DNA of 64,000 nt from Candidatus Sysuiplasma jiujiangense (GTDB lineage Archaea > Thermoplasmatota > Thermoplasmata > Sysuiplasmatales > Sysuiplasmataceae), in NCBI GenBank assembly GCA_019721075.1, contig JAHEAD010000012.1:1-64000 (forward strand), in the 5' to 3' direction. Position numbers and translations under genes: made by a program. Under the pieces are notes generated by a model. The model made no database searches, was not told the DNA's origin, and was given only the letters and a program-made list of their open reading frames with translations. Of this stretch, positions 41,050 to 50,480 are shown in pieces. Numbering within the stretch: the first letter of the stretch is position 1; each line of letters begins with the position of its first letter.

Positions 41050-41709
41050 TCATTTCGACTGTTTTCTGACGACAATCAAATTTGTCGATCCGTGTCTGAC
41101 CCTGTCAACCAGTCCCATGCGCTGAAGCCTGTCGAGTATCCTGGTAACCTTCGACCTCGAGTATCTGTCCTGGTTCACAATATTTCTCTGCAATATGGAA
41201 CCGCCTGCAGAGAGTATCATCTCATAAACATCCCTCTCATTTGCGTCAAGAAAATCTGTTATGTTTCTGTACTCCGCATCAGTATCACTGGATGTGCCTG
41301 TTGATGCGGACCCAGATCCGGCTTCACACATAGACTGATTCGCGCCGGCTGCCCTGATATATCTGACGTTCGAAAGCGCCTTTTTCAGAAAATAACCCGA
41401 AGCTATTGCAAGCACTAGTGCTACAATCGTTTCAATGACAAGGAATGTATACAGCAACGGATACCCGTTCCACGCTCCCAGCTCGGAATATGTCATCCTC
41501 AGAATGATCAGAAACATGGAGTTCATGACCAGGAATATCACAGAAAAAGCGAATGCAACCACGCTGACAGCAATGCTCACAATCGTAGGATTCAGGTTCT
41601 GCCCGTCCTTCTTGTCGGCACCTTCAGTATACACCTTCACACCTAGGGATGGTTTCCAATCTGGCCAATTGCTGTATGAGTAATAATTTTTTGGGCCTTG
41701 CACAAGCAC
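41050..41709 (-). CDS. Membrane-anchored winged-helix (MarR-like) regulator
   Basis: Two TM helices then ILQ-x-x-IV...SKVTRILDRL-x-x-x-GLVDR-x-RHG-x-TN; start uncertain. Confidence 0.82.
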   Translation of the reverse strand: MLVQGPKNYYSYSNWPDWKPSLGVKVYTEGADKKDGQNLNPTIVSIAVSVVAFAFSVIFLVMNSMFLIILRMTYSELGAWNGYPLLYTFLVIETIVALVLAIASGYFLKKALSNVRYIRAAGANQSMCEAGSGSASTGTSSDTDAEYRNITDFLDANERDVYEMILSAGGSILQRNIVNQDRYSRSKVTRILDRLQRMGLVDRVRHGSTNLIVVRKQSK

Positions 41710-41807
41710 TTTAGCCCCGCACTACACATAGAATATTCATGCCTCCTGATGATGGTCGGACTGCCCTATAAAAGTCCTCACTGTCCGTTCTGCGGCCATT
41801 GATTATT

Positions 41808-42045
41808 GACTCAGCCAGCACCGGAATGCCCGTGTGTGTAAGCCTCTACAGCACTTTTAGATTCATCCACGGACATCACGTCGTCGGCCAGGAGGATCGT
41901 GTCCAACTTACAGTTCAGGCCGGCGAACGAACAGAACATCTCAATGCCTTCAGCGCTTGCCGCGTTCGAAACATGCCTCCACTATCTTCATTCTCACGCC
42001 ATTGCTGCGATGACCTCCCTTAAGGCGCGTGCATCCGGATATTGC
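41808..42045 (-). pseudogene. Possible degraded HAD-hydrolase fragment
   Basis: Frameshifted pieces YPDARALRE / RSNGVRMKIV / SNA...AGL...LD-x-IL-x-ADDV resemble the HAD motif II region. Confidence 0.35.
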
Positions 42046-42536
42046 TACTGGCACATATGGAGTAACATGCAGGACGGGGATTTAGGCGTGATACGGATAC
42101 CGTTGTATAGTGTCACCCGAGAAAGAGCGTGCATAAGTATGCATCTGGGAAAATCTGGCTAAGAGGAGAATAGGTGCAGCTGTTAGTGATGCACTTGTTC
42201 CGGCACAGTTACGAGCACTCTAACAGCTGCAGATTGAGTCCGGAAACATGTCGTTAAAGAATACTCGGATATATCATTGAAATGGCTACTGGGATACTGC
42301 CCGGCAGAAATTGCGTGAATCCTTCTCCATGCTACTACCGCGACATACACGGAATGTGATTTACTTGTGGCAGAAAAATTAACTGTGTTGCTCACACCGG
42401 TTAGGCCGCGGTGTTAAGTAACCTATTTTCTATGAATTTATTCTCATTTACCGGTTTGTCTTAACTCCATCTGACGGAATGATATGGTTTTGTATTGCGT
42501 TTTCACATGCCATTCTCAACAAATTCGTTTGTCAGT

Positions 42537-44279
42537 TTATGGCGCGCATTCCCCCTTTGCAGTCACAGGCCTGTATCTTATCAGAGAGTCCCAGTCTAGT
42601 TGTACCGGCATGGTGCCGAATCGCTGGTTGACGAATTCATCCAGTCTTAGCCTGAGAGATTCGAAACCTTCCATATCTTTCTTCCTCAACCTGGAAATCC
42701 AGTTGTTGAATGACTCTTCAGTTCCAGATTCGCCGACATATATATTGAGAAGCGCGACGACTGCATCGGGAACCAGTCTGGCGGGTACTCTGAGAAGAGG
42801 AGTTCCAAATTCAGTTTTCTCATCGCCACTTCCACCGACCAGCATTGCATAGGATGGGACCCATCCCTCCCTGAGTTTAACAGCGCATCCCACAAGTCCA
42901 ATTGATGCTATCGGATGTTGCCCGCAAGAATTCGGACATCCACTTACCTTGATGGTCACATTCCTCAATTTGCGGTTCATATCGAATCTTTCTTCAAACA
43001 GTCTTTTCTGCAATTCTCTGGTTAGCATCCTGGAGTTGGTGAGCGCGAGATTGCACGAAGTCGTTCCGGTGCAGCCGACTGCCGCTGTCACGGTGCATGC
43101 ACCTCCCTTGTCCAGATGCGATTCATGCAGCTGATCAAAGAGCGGCGCAACATCGCTACCGGAAACAAATCTCAATGCCAGTGTCTGGTTTGGCGTAAGA
43201 ATTCCAACGTTTTCTTTGGAGAATCTGGCCGTTATCGTGCTCAATATACGTAGTTGCTGAGGAGCAAAGTCTCCTGCGTTTACCAATACATAGACCATAT
43301 AAAAATTTCTCTGCTTCTGTGTAACTACATTTCCTGAAAACCACCTTTCATAATCCTGTCCCTGTTTGGGCTTAAGTTCATCGCCCACAGCAAAACTACC
43401 CGTGTTCCCGTCAATACTGAATGAGAATCCCTTCAAAGTACTCCTTTCTTCAAAGACGAGCCGTCTGAATTCAGCAAATCCCAGGTCCCTAAGCAGATAA
43501 CGCAGTCTGTTTCTGTACATATGGACTCGATCGCCTTTTCGGTCGAATACCTTTATGATGGCCGCACATGTGGAAAGGAGACGATCAATTGGAGTGAATT
43601 CTTCTAGCGGCTCAGCAACATATGGCTTGGAACCCAGTCCTCCGCCAACAAATATCCTAAAGCCCATGGAATTCATTCCGCCCACACTGTTTAGGGCAGC
43701 CACAATACCTATATCAGCAATGGACACACCGGACCAGTGGTCAGGGCAGCATGCTAGATTGATCTTGAATTTCCTTGGCAGATTCTGGTTGAGCGGATTC
43801 CTTAGAAAGAAATCTGAAAGCGCCCTTGCATACGGTGAAATGTCAAATGGTTCCTTCACACAAATGCCGGCAAGGTGCGAGCACACGACATTCCTGACAG
43901 AATTGTAACATGCTTCCCGGGAAGTCAGACCGGCTTTTCTCATCTCCTTCAGAATATCGACGACATTCTCGGTTTTCGCCCAGTGCAGCTGAATGTCCTG
44001 CCTTGTAGTGAAGTGTATGGTCTTCAACCGGAATGTCTCTGCGATATCTGCGACGGCCTCCAGCTGTTCGGGCGTGATCCTGCCTGCAGGCAGTCTTATT
44101 CTTATCATGAAATAACCGGTAGACAAACGCTCGGAATAGATGCCGTTCTGAAGTCGGATTCTCCGCAGATCTTCAGGTTCCCTGCCCTTCATATATTCGC
44201 TGAGCTTATTTGCAAGTTCCCGCAGTTCTTCATCTGTAATTGCGTTTGAGGCATGCGTGTCAATCCCTGAATTCAGCAT
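42537..44279 (-). CDS. Ferredoxin-type sirohaem nitrite/sulfite reductase
   Basis: HFTTRQDIQLH, LPRKFKI, GGGLG, CTGTTSC and SGCPNSCGQH sirohaem/[4Fe-4S] ligands. Confidence 0.92.
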   Translation of the reverse strand: MLNSGIDTHASNAITDEELRELANKLSEYMKGREPEDLRRIRLQNGIYSERLSTGYFMIRIRLPAGRITPEQLEAVADIAETFRLKTIHFTTRQDIQLHWAKTENVVDILKEMRKAGLTSREACYNSVRNVVCSHLAGICVKEPFDISPYARALSDFFLRNPLNQNLPRKFKINLACCPDHWSGVSIADIGIVAALNSVGGMNSMGFRIFVGGGLGSKPYVAEPLEEFTPIDRLLSTCAAIIKVFDRKGDRVHMYRNRLRYLLRDLGFAEFRRLVFEERSTLKGFSFSIDGNTGSFAVGDELKPKQGQDYERWFSGNVVTQKQRNFYMVYVLVNAGDFAPQQLRILSTITARFSKENVGILTPNQTLALRFVSGSDVAPLFDQLHESHLDKGGACTVTAAVGCTGTTSCNLALTNSRMLTRELQKRLFEERFDMNRKLRNVTIKVSGCPNSCGQHPIASIGLVGCAVKLREGWVPSYAMLVGGSGDEKTEFGTPLLRVPARLVPDAVVALLNIYVGESGTEESFNNWISRLRKKDMEGFESLRLRLDEFVNQRFGTMPVQLDWDSLIRYRPVTAKGECAP

Positions 44280-44983
44280 AGTGCCAGTACATATTGTTTT
44301 TGTTATAACAAAACGTATCATTGTACATATCACGGACGCCATCATCCGCACAGGGGGAATACACAGACACAGGTAGATTGAAGACGATGAAATAACCCGC
44401 CATAACCAGGGAAGGCGGAAGGCATCTCTTCAAACTTTTAGGGAGGTCGAGTCCGGATATGGTGCCAAGTATTGCGGTCGGATACGAAAATAGAATAATT
44501 ATCGCTGTGCCGGAGGCATTCAAGAGTAAAATGGAGTTGGGCCGCCGCCGTTGAGCACCGGAATGAAGAATTTGCAATCGCATATCATGCAACAGAAATG
44601 GCGCCACATGCATTGGACGGACTAGTGTGGTGATTCAAAACATACTTCTGCATTTTCCGTTACTGCTACAAACTCATTTAATGAGGGTTTGGAATAAGGA
44701 ATTCACTTCTTTGTGGTGGCAACCGATAATTTGGAATCCTGAACACAAGTTTTGAAACACGCCAATAGTGCTTTACCAGTCACTTCATGCCTTCCATTCC
44801 AGCGTCTTCTGTTTCGCTCCACTCGCGTTCATGATGAGCGATGGAAAGAATACTTTCGTCGCATTAGATTTACTTGACATTGGAAGGGCAATGAAATAAT
44901 GTTCAAACGATCGGAGATTGCCCTCAACATATTGTTGAAAACGGAAACAACTAATGCAGCGTGGGATATAAGTCGTCTACTGG

Positions 44984-45145
44984 CTACTTCTTGAGAACGA
45001 TGACATAGGCTCTCTTTCCTGTGTATTTCTTGGGCGCATCCAGCTCCGCGGAATTGCCGAAATTTGTTACGCGCCTCTCATCGAACACTTCAACCTCATC
45101 CTTCGGTAGTATTGTGCCTTCATCGACCTTTATTTCGCGGGACAT
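44984..45145 (-). CDS. DUF2080-like transposase-associated small protein
   Basis: RVTNFGNSA-x-LDAPKKY-x-GKRAYVIV. Confidence 0.85.
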   Translation of the reverse strand: MSREIKVDEGTILPKDEVEVFDERRVTNFGNSAELDAPKKYTGKRAYVIVLKK

Positions 45146-45204
45146 AGTGTGTTCCCCAGAGGATGACTGATGGGCATTTAACAATATTACAGTGTTGCAT
45201 GCAT

Positions 45205-46236
45205 ATGAGCATTGATGGCTGTCCATACATAGATTTGCGACCATTACCCTCTGTGCTGACGAACGAGCAGTTCGAACGTTTTCACAATGAGTTCGATTTC
45301 CTTGTGAAGAAGTACAGGGAACAGTACTCCAGGCACACCGGAAGAGACCGGAGTGCATATGAGCGGTCATATGAACAGAGAATCAGGCATGCAGCAGCTG
45401 AAGTGTACTCTGTCGTGAAGAGTGCGTCATCAATCATATTCTCTACGGACGACCGCATGGGCAGGCCGCCGAAGGTGACGCCTGAACAGAAGGTTGCCAT
45501 ACTGCTGCTGAAGGAGATATTCTCACTGAGCAACAGGAAGATGTCCGGACTGCTGTCGCTGTTCGGTCCGCTGACAGACATAGACATATGCTACAAAACA
45601 GTGGAAAGGGCATACTCCAGCCTGCCGGTCAGGCTCATAATACACAACATGTTCATTCTCCTTGCCTCCGGTACAGGAGGCAACCTGACCGGCGACGGCA
45701 CCGGCTGCTCCCTGTCGATAACGCGTCACTACCGTTCCATGCGAGTGAACGGCAACTGCATAAAGACAAATCCAGACCACAGGCTCTTCGTATATGCGTT
45801 CGCAATACTCGACCTGGGCACAAAACTCTATGTTGCCTACGGCGTGAGCATTAAGCCTGAGAAGGATGCATACCGCGAAGCGCTCAGGATGCTCGGCATC
45901 ACAGTGAGGGATGCCGGGAGCATCCGCCTCGACCAGTATTACTGCACACAGTACACACTGGACGACTTCTCTGAAGGAACAAAAGTGTTCGTAATACCCA
46001 GAAGCAGCACAACAATCAGGGAACCGCCTGCATGGAAGGAACTCATCGGCAGACTCATCGACTCGCCGATGGAGTTCCTTTCCGAATACTACAGGAGGGA
46101 GAACTCGGAGTCTCAGTTCTCCGCGGACAAAAGGACAACGGGATGGCGAATACAGCAGAGAAGAGAGGAAAGGATCAGGACGGCTGCCATGTGCAAGGGC
46201 ACATGGCATAATCTGTTCAACATGACTTCCGGATAG
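45205..46236 (+). CDS. DDE transposase (ISA1214 group)
   Basis: GRPPK, SNR-x-M, YKTVER, GDGTG, RLD-x-YY, RENSES-x-FS-x-DKR. Confidence 0.88.
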   Translation: MSIDGCPYIDLRPLPSVLTNEQFERFHNEFDFLVKKYREQYSRHTGRDRSAYERSYEQRIRHAAAEVYSVVKSASSIIFSTDDRMGRPPKVTPEQKVAILLLKEIFSLSNRKMSGLLSLFGPLTDIDICYKTVERAYSSLPVRLIIHNMFILLASGTGGNLTGDGTGCSLSITRHYRSMRVNGNCIKTNPDHRLFVYAFAILDLGTKLYVAYGVSIKPEKDAYREALRMLGITVRDAGSIRLDQYYCTQYTLDDFSEGTKVFVIPRSSTTIREPPAWKELIGRLIDSPMEFLSEYYRRENSESQFSADKRTTGWRIQQRREERIRTAAMCKGTWHNLFNMTSG

Positions 46237-46350
46237 GGGACTCATGTCCCACTCACAACATAATGAAAAGATTGAAACAGTGTCACCCATTACTTCTCGC
46301 AGCTACGCTGAAGCGCATTAATTTCCAGCAAATAAAATAAAGGTGACAAT

Positions 46351-46719
46351 GTGACGCTGAAAGTCAGAAATGTGTTTGAAATTGAACATGAAACCGAAAT
46401 AAGCCATGGAGGGATTGGTCTTCTTGAAAAAGTCAGAGCGTTCACATCGGACGATTTCGAATCTCAAATTGCATTCATCGATTATGTGGTGGTCCCGCCT
46501 GGAACCACAGTGGGATACCACAGGCACGGCAACGACGAAGAAGTCTATTTCATCATCGAGGGGAGTGGTATCATGAGAGATGAGAATTCGGAAATAGCGG
46601 TTAAGAAGGGGGACATCATACTGAACACCAGATATGGTTCTCATGGTTTATCCAATAACACCAACGATAATATAGTCATTCTAATCCTTGAAGTAGCATG
46701 TGACCGGACTGAAAGTTGA
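46351..46719 (+). CDS. Cupin-domain protein
   Basis: G-x-H-x-H...EE-x-Y-x-I-x-x-G-x-G and GD...H metal motifs; GTG after AGGTGA. Confidence 0.9.
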   Translation: MTLKVRNVFEIEHETEISHGGIGLLEKVRAFTSDDFESQIAFIDYVVVPPGTTVGYHRHGNDEEVYFIIEGSGIMRDENSEIAVKKGDIILNTRYGSHGLSNNTNDNIVILILEVACDRTES

Positions 46720-47908
46720 TTCTAATTCTGCGGCTACGGAAGTCATAACACTTTCAGAAAGCGGAAACAGGATTTCAGTGAAAAACGGATTCGACTACTC
46801 CTACGATGTGCTGTTCACGGAGGAAGATATTTTTTCCACAGACAGTCTACTCCTGCACGATGTAATCGACAGACACAGATGCCTTGTTGTGGTGAGTGAG
46901 ACGGTCAACAAGCTTTATGGCAGTAAAATAGCGGACTATTTCCGCCACTGGTCAGGAAATGAAACTTTCAGGATACTGCCGCTTCCTATCAGCGAGAACA
47001 TAAAGAATATAGAAACTGTCATGAGGATATGCAAGGAGGGGAAAAGATTTGGCCTTGACAGGAAATCACTTTTCATCGCAATAGGAGGAGGTGTTCTGAT
47101 GGACACAGTGGGCCTCGCATCCTCGATATACATGCGGAAATTGAATTTTGTGAGAATACCTACGACACTGGTAGGACAGGTGGATGCAGGCATAGGACTG
47201 AAGACAGGCGTAGATTTTGAAGGCAGGAAAAATTTTATAGGTTCATTTCACCCTCCAATTTGCGTTCTTAATGACTTCAGATTTCTGCGCACACTCAATG
47301 CGGAAGAAATAAGAAACGGACTGGCAGAGATAGTAAAGATGGCGATTATTTCCGATTCCGAATTGTTTTCAGCGCTAGAGACCAACAGCAAAAGAATCGT
47401 TAACTGCTATATGAGCGGATCCGATACCGCATTCACACAGTGGATAAACCTCACTGCGGCAAGAAGAATGCTGGAGCAGCTTCAGGCAAATCCTTATGAG
47501 AAAGAGCTTGAACGATTGGTGGACCTCGGGCATACCTTCAGCCCATTTATTGAAATGTACACACGGCACAGTATCAAGCATGGTCGGGCAGTTGCAATTG
47601 ATATAGCCATTTCAACCGAAATAGCCTGCCTCATCGGCAGAATAGACACGCAGTTACATGACAGGATTCTGTCGATGCTTGCTGCTCTTGGGTTCAATCT
47701 TCATGATGTCAAAGCATTCGAGGCCGAGCGCATGTGGCAGTCACTCGATTCGATTATTCTTCGGAGGGGAGGGAAACTGAATCTTGTTATACCAACCGGT
47801 ATCGGAACAGCCGGGTTCTTGCGTGAAGCGGAAGAACTGGAAAAAGATATACTCAAACAGGCGATGGCAAATCTCTGCAAGTTTCAGTCCGGAGGACACT
47901 TGAAATGA
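46700..47908 (+). CDS. Sedoheptulose-7-phosphate cyclase, 2-epi-5-epi-valiolone synthase (EEVS)-like
   Basis: DHQS fold (GGGV-x-x-D, PTTL-x-x-x-VDA) with the EEVS-type signature MLEQLQANPYE...RLVDLGHTFSP. Confidence 0.82.
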   Translation: MTGLKVDSNSAATEVITLSESGNRISVKNGFDYSYDVLFTEEDIFSTDSLLLHDVIDRHRCLVVVSETVNKLYGSKIADYFRHWSGNETFRILPLPISENIKNIETVMRICKEGKRFGLDRKSLFIAIGGGVLMDTVGLASSIYMRKLNFVRIPTTLVGQVDAGIGLKTGVDFEGRKNFIGSFHPPICVLNDFRFLRTLNAEEIRNGLAEIVKMAIISDSELFSALETNSKRIVNCYMSGSDTAFTQWINLTAARRMLEQLQANPYEKELERLVDLGHTFSPFIEMYTRHSIKHGRAVAIDIAISTEIACLIGRIDTQLHDRILSMLAALGFNLHDVKAFEAERMWQSLDSIILRRGGKLNLVIPTGIGTAGFLREAEELEKDILKQAMANLCKFQSGGHLK

Positions 47909-48915
47909 CATTTTCAACACTTGCGGTAGATGTTGGCGGCACATATATGAGGAGTGCAATGGTGGATGGTGATGAACTGATACTGCCAACGAAGAGGAAT
48001 GCTCCCGGATTCAGACTTCACCACGTTCCGCTTGCAGACCTTCAGAATATGTTTATCAGAGAGATGTTAAAGCTCGTGGACTCTTACACAGAAAAAGGTT
48101 TCAGAGTTTCAAGACTGGCGGTGGGCTTTCCGGGACCTATGAAGGATGGAACCGTTTACGGCGCACCAACCCTCTGGGGCGAGATGGATGTCCCGTATCC
48201 GCTTCTTTCCATGTTGAAGAAAGAACTGGGAAATAAGGGTATAACCGACATTGTAACTGTGAATGATGTTACAGCAATGGGCTGGAGCTACCTCACAGAC
48301 AAAAACAGGACATTCTGCATAATTACTGTAAGTTCTGGTATTGGAAACAAGATATTTCATGACGGCCAGGTACTGACGGGGGAGACGGCGATTGGCGGAG
48401 AAATCGGACACTGGTACTGCGGCGATACTTACAGAGAGTTTGTATGTGACTGCGGGAAAAGAGGACATCTTGGGGCAGTTTCCTCCGGAAGGGGTGTGGA
48501 AAAAATAGCCGAAAAACTAAAACCGGAATTCGTCGATGTATCGGAAATTGCCTCGCTGGGACGTATCACAACTGCCGACATAGTGGATGGGATAAAAAAG
48601 GGAGATACGCTTGCTTTGAAAACGTTGAAATTCAGTGTGTCTCCGCTAGCGAGCGCTATCGGCCTCATCAATCTGGCCGCCGGAGTCAACAATTTCATCC
48701 TGGTGGGCGGATTTGCGCTGAGTGGCGGGAAGGCATATGTAGCAACACTCAGGAAAAGTCTCGAACGCCACCGGTTTCATGGACACTTCACGGATGGTGG
48801 CGATGGAATCAATGTGAGACTGGGCGTCGACAATGACTTTCGGGCGCTTGAAGGTCTGGGCAGAATGATGAAAGAACGGGATGCTGCCGGTGCATCTGTC
48901 ATAACTGCAGCTTGA
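47905..48915 (+). CDS. ROK kinase, C7-cyclitol 7-kinase (ValC/AcbM)-like
   Basis: DVGGT, FPGP...APTLWG, NDVTA, TVSSGIGNK, GGEIGH, CDCG-x-RGHLGAVSSGRG, GGFA; ATGA overlap with the cyclase. Confidence 0.8.
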   Translation: MTFSTLAVDVGGTYMRSAMVDGDELILPTKRNAPGFRLHHVPLADLQNMFIREMLKLVDSYTEKGFRVSRLAVGFPGPMKDGTVYGAPTLWGEMDVPYPLLSMLKKELGNKGITDIVTVNDVTAMGWSYLTDKNRTFCIITVSSGIGNKIFHDGQVLTGETAIGGEIGHWYCGDTYREFVCDCGKRGHLGAVSSGRGVEKIAEKLKPEFVDVSEIASLGRITTADIVDGIKKGDTLALKTLKFSVSPLASAIGLINLAAGVNNFILVGGFALSGGKAYVATLRKSLERHRFHGHFTDGGDGINVRLGVDNDFRALEGLGRMMKERDAAGASVITAA

Positions 48916-48983
48916 ACAGGAAACTTCTGACCGTTCTTCCATCGTCAAAAAACAGGATTTCGACATTGTTTGCGCAATCATTT

Positions 48984-49943
48984 TCAGTTTATCCTGTGAA
49001 TCACAGGAGAGGATTTATACGCACTTTCAACAAACACGATATCCCTCAGAGCTATCTCGGGGGGCATTGGAACACTCTCATCCCGGGACACGGCATCAAT
49101 GAAACCAGATATGCCTATCCTGAAGGGATTATACGGATCAAACACCTCCTCCTTTCCGTTTACCATAAGATTGCCGAATTTCCTTGGCTGTTTTCGATAT
49201 TCAGGCATCTCGGTAATCCACCCTTCGGTGCCGAGAATTTCCAGCCTCGGCATTGACGGAATTTCATCGAACGCCCATGAATGGATTATGGAACCGAATG
49301 CCCCGCTGGCGAACTTCACAGTCGCAGACAGCGTGTCTTCACCTGCCATTTCAGAGTGGCGCAGATTGAAGCGCATTGCACTTACTTCCACACAATCACC
49401 TCCGACATTGAGGAAGGCGTCGGCGAGATGTATGCCATCATCCACAAATGAGCCGCCACCCATCAGTTCCTGACTGCATCCCCATGGAGTGGGATCGACC
49501 CGCTTGATTTTTGTAAACCTGATTCCGCGTACCTTTCCTATCCTACCTTCATTTATCAGATCACATGCCTTCTTCACCGGTGGTTCGAAAAAGTAATTCT
49601 CAAGGACCATGAATTTCCTGTTGACCGCTTTGGCCTTCCTGATCATTTCGGCTCCTTCCGAAGAGTTCAATGCTATCGGTTTCTCCACAAGGACATGCTT
49701 TCCCATCTCCAACGCCCTCATTGCTGTGTCCTTGTGAAGATAATGTGGAAGCACTATGTCCACAACATCGGAATCTTCCATTGCCTTTGACATGCTGCTG
49801 TACGGAACAGCGTTGTATTTTTTGCTGTCCTCCGACAGAACATTTTCATTTCTATCGTAGACGAGCAAATCCACGTTCATCGATGACAGAATTTCGAGAT
49901 GCACTTTCCCGAAATTATTTCCGCCTATTACAGCAACCTTCAA
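48984..49943 (-). CDS. Gfo/Idh/MocA family oxidoreductase
   Basis: N-terminal Rossmann fold, HVLVEKP, GGG...DDGIH. Confidence 0.92.
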   Translation of the reverse strand: MKVAVIGGNNFGKVHLEILSSMNVDLLVYDRNENVLSEDSKKYNAVPYSSMSKAMEDSDVVDIVLPHYLHKDTAMRALEMGKHVLVEKPIALNSSEGAEMIRKAKAVNRKFMVLENYFFEPPVKKACDLINEGRIGKVRGIRFTKIKRVDPTPWGCSQELMGGGSFVDDGIHLADAFLNVGGDCVEVSAMRFNLRHSEMAGEDTLSATVKFASGAFGSIIHSWAFDEIPSMPRLEILGTEGWITEMPEYRKQPRKFGNLMVNGKEEVFDPYNPFRIGISGFIDAVSRDESVPMPPEIALRDIVFVESAYKSSPVIHRIN

Positions 49944-50480
49944 TCTGCCTCATCCTCACAATATGATTGGTAGTATGCCCGGTGATTAACACTTTTCCAT
50001 ACTGCAATACGACAGCTTCAATCGTTTCGCACGGACATCCGGCACTTTCCACGTGACACTGAATATTATCCGATCATTACTCATCAAAGAAAAAAGGACA
50101 GGAGTTTCATGCCGCAGACATAAAACAGGCAGAAAGTAGCCTGACGGAAAACAAGAATATATCGGTTCTGATGCAGATGCAGGTTCCAACATAGTGCATG
50201 TGACAGATTATCATTGCTGTTTTTCCTTTCAGACCGGTTTCACTTCACATACCGTTCATGTGCGTGTGATCGACCGATGAATGTTGGCAGAATAGCTACA
50301 AAACGCGCCAAGCAGCAAAAACTTCGGAAAACAGGTCCAATTACTGCAGTCGCCATACAGTCCATTCATAGTGATCCTGACTCGGAAACACAGATAAAAG
50401 TCCAGAACAATATATATATATATCACCAAATCGAAATTTCTCTTACGTTTCAAAAAACCCATGTGGGCCCGTCACAAAGA

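Larger units (their letters stand above)
44959..46254. mobile_element. ISA1214-like (ISNCY) insertion sequence
   Basis: IRL GTGGGATATAAGTC (44961-44974) vs IRR GACTCATGTCCCAC (46239-46252), 12/14 match; imperfect flanking repeats ACAACTAATGCA / ACAACATAATGA; divergent DUF2080 + transposase layout. Confidence 0.85.

Noticed and set aside
44360..44560. Hydrophobic minus-strand fragment faintly like a TauE/SafE exporter C-terminus upstream of the sulfite reductase
   Set aside because: Too short and too weak to support without a profile search.
46700..47908. Annotation as housekeeping 3-dehydroquinate synthase (aroB)
   Set aside because: It lacks the LN-x-GHT-x-GHA motif, has EEVS-type VD-x-GHTFSP, and is coupled to a cyclitol-kinase-like gene rather than aro genes.
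50410..50423. (AT)n run as a phase-variable microsatellite
   Set aside because: It is short and positioned like an ordinary TATA box for the kinase gene; there is no evidence of variation.
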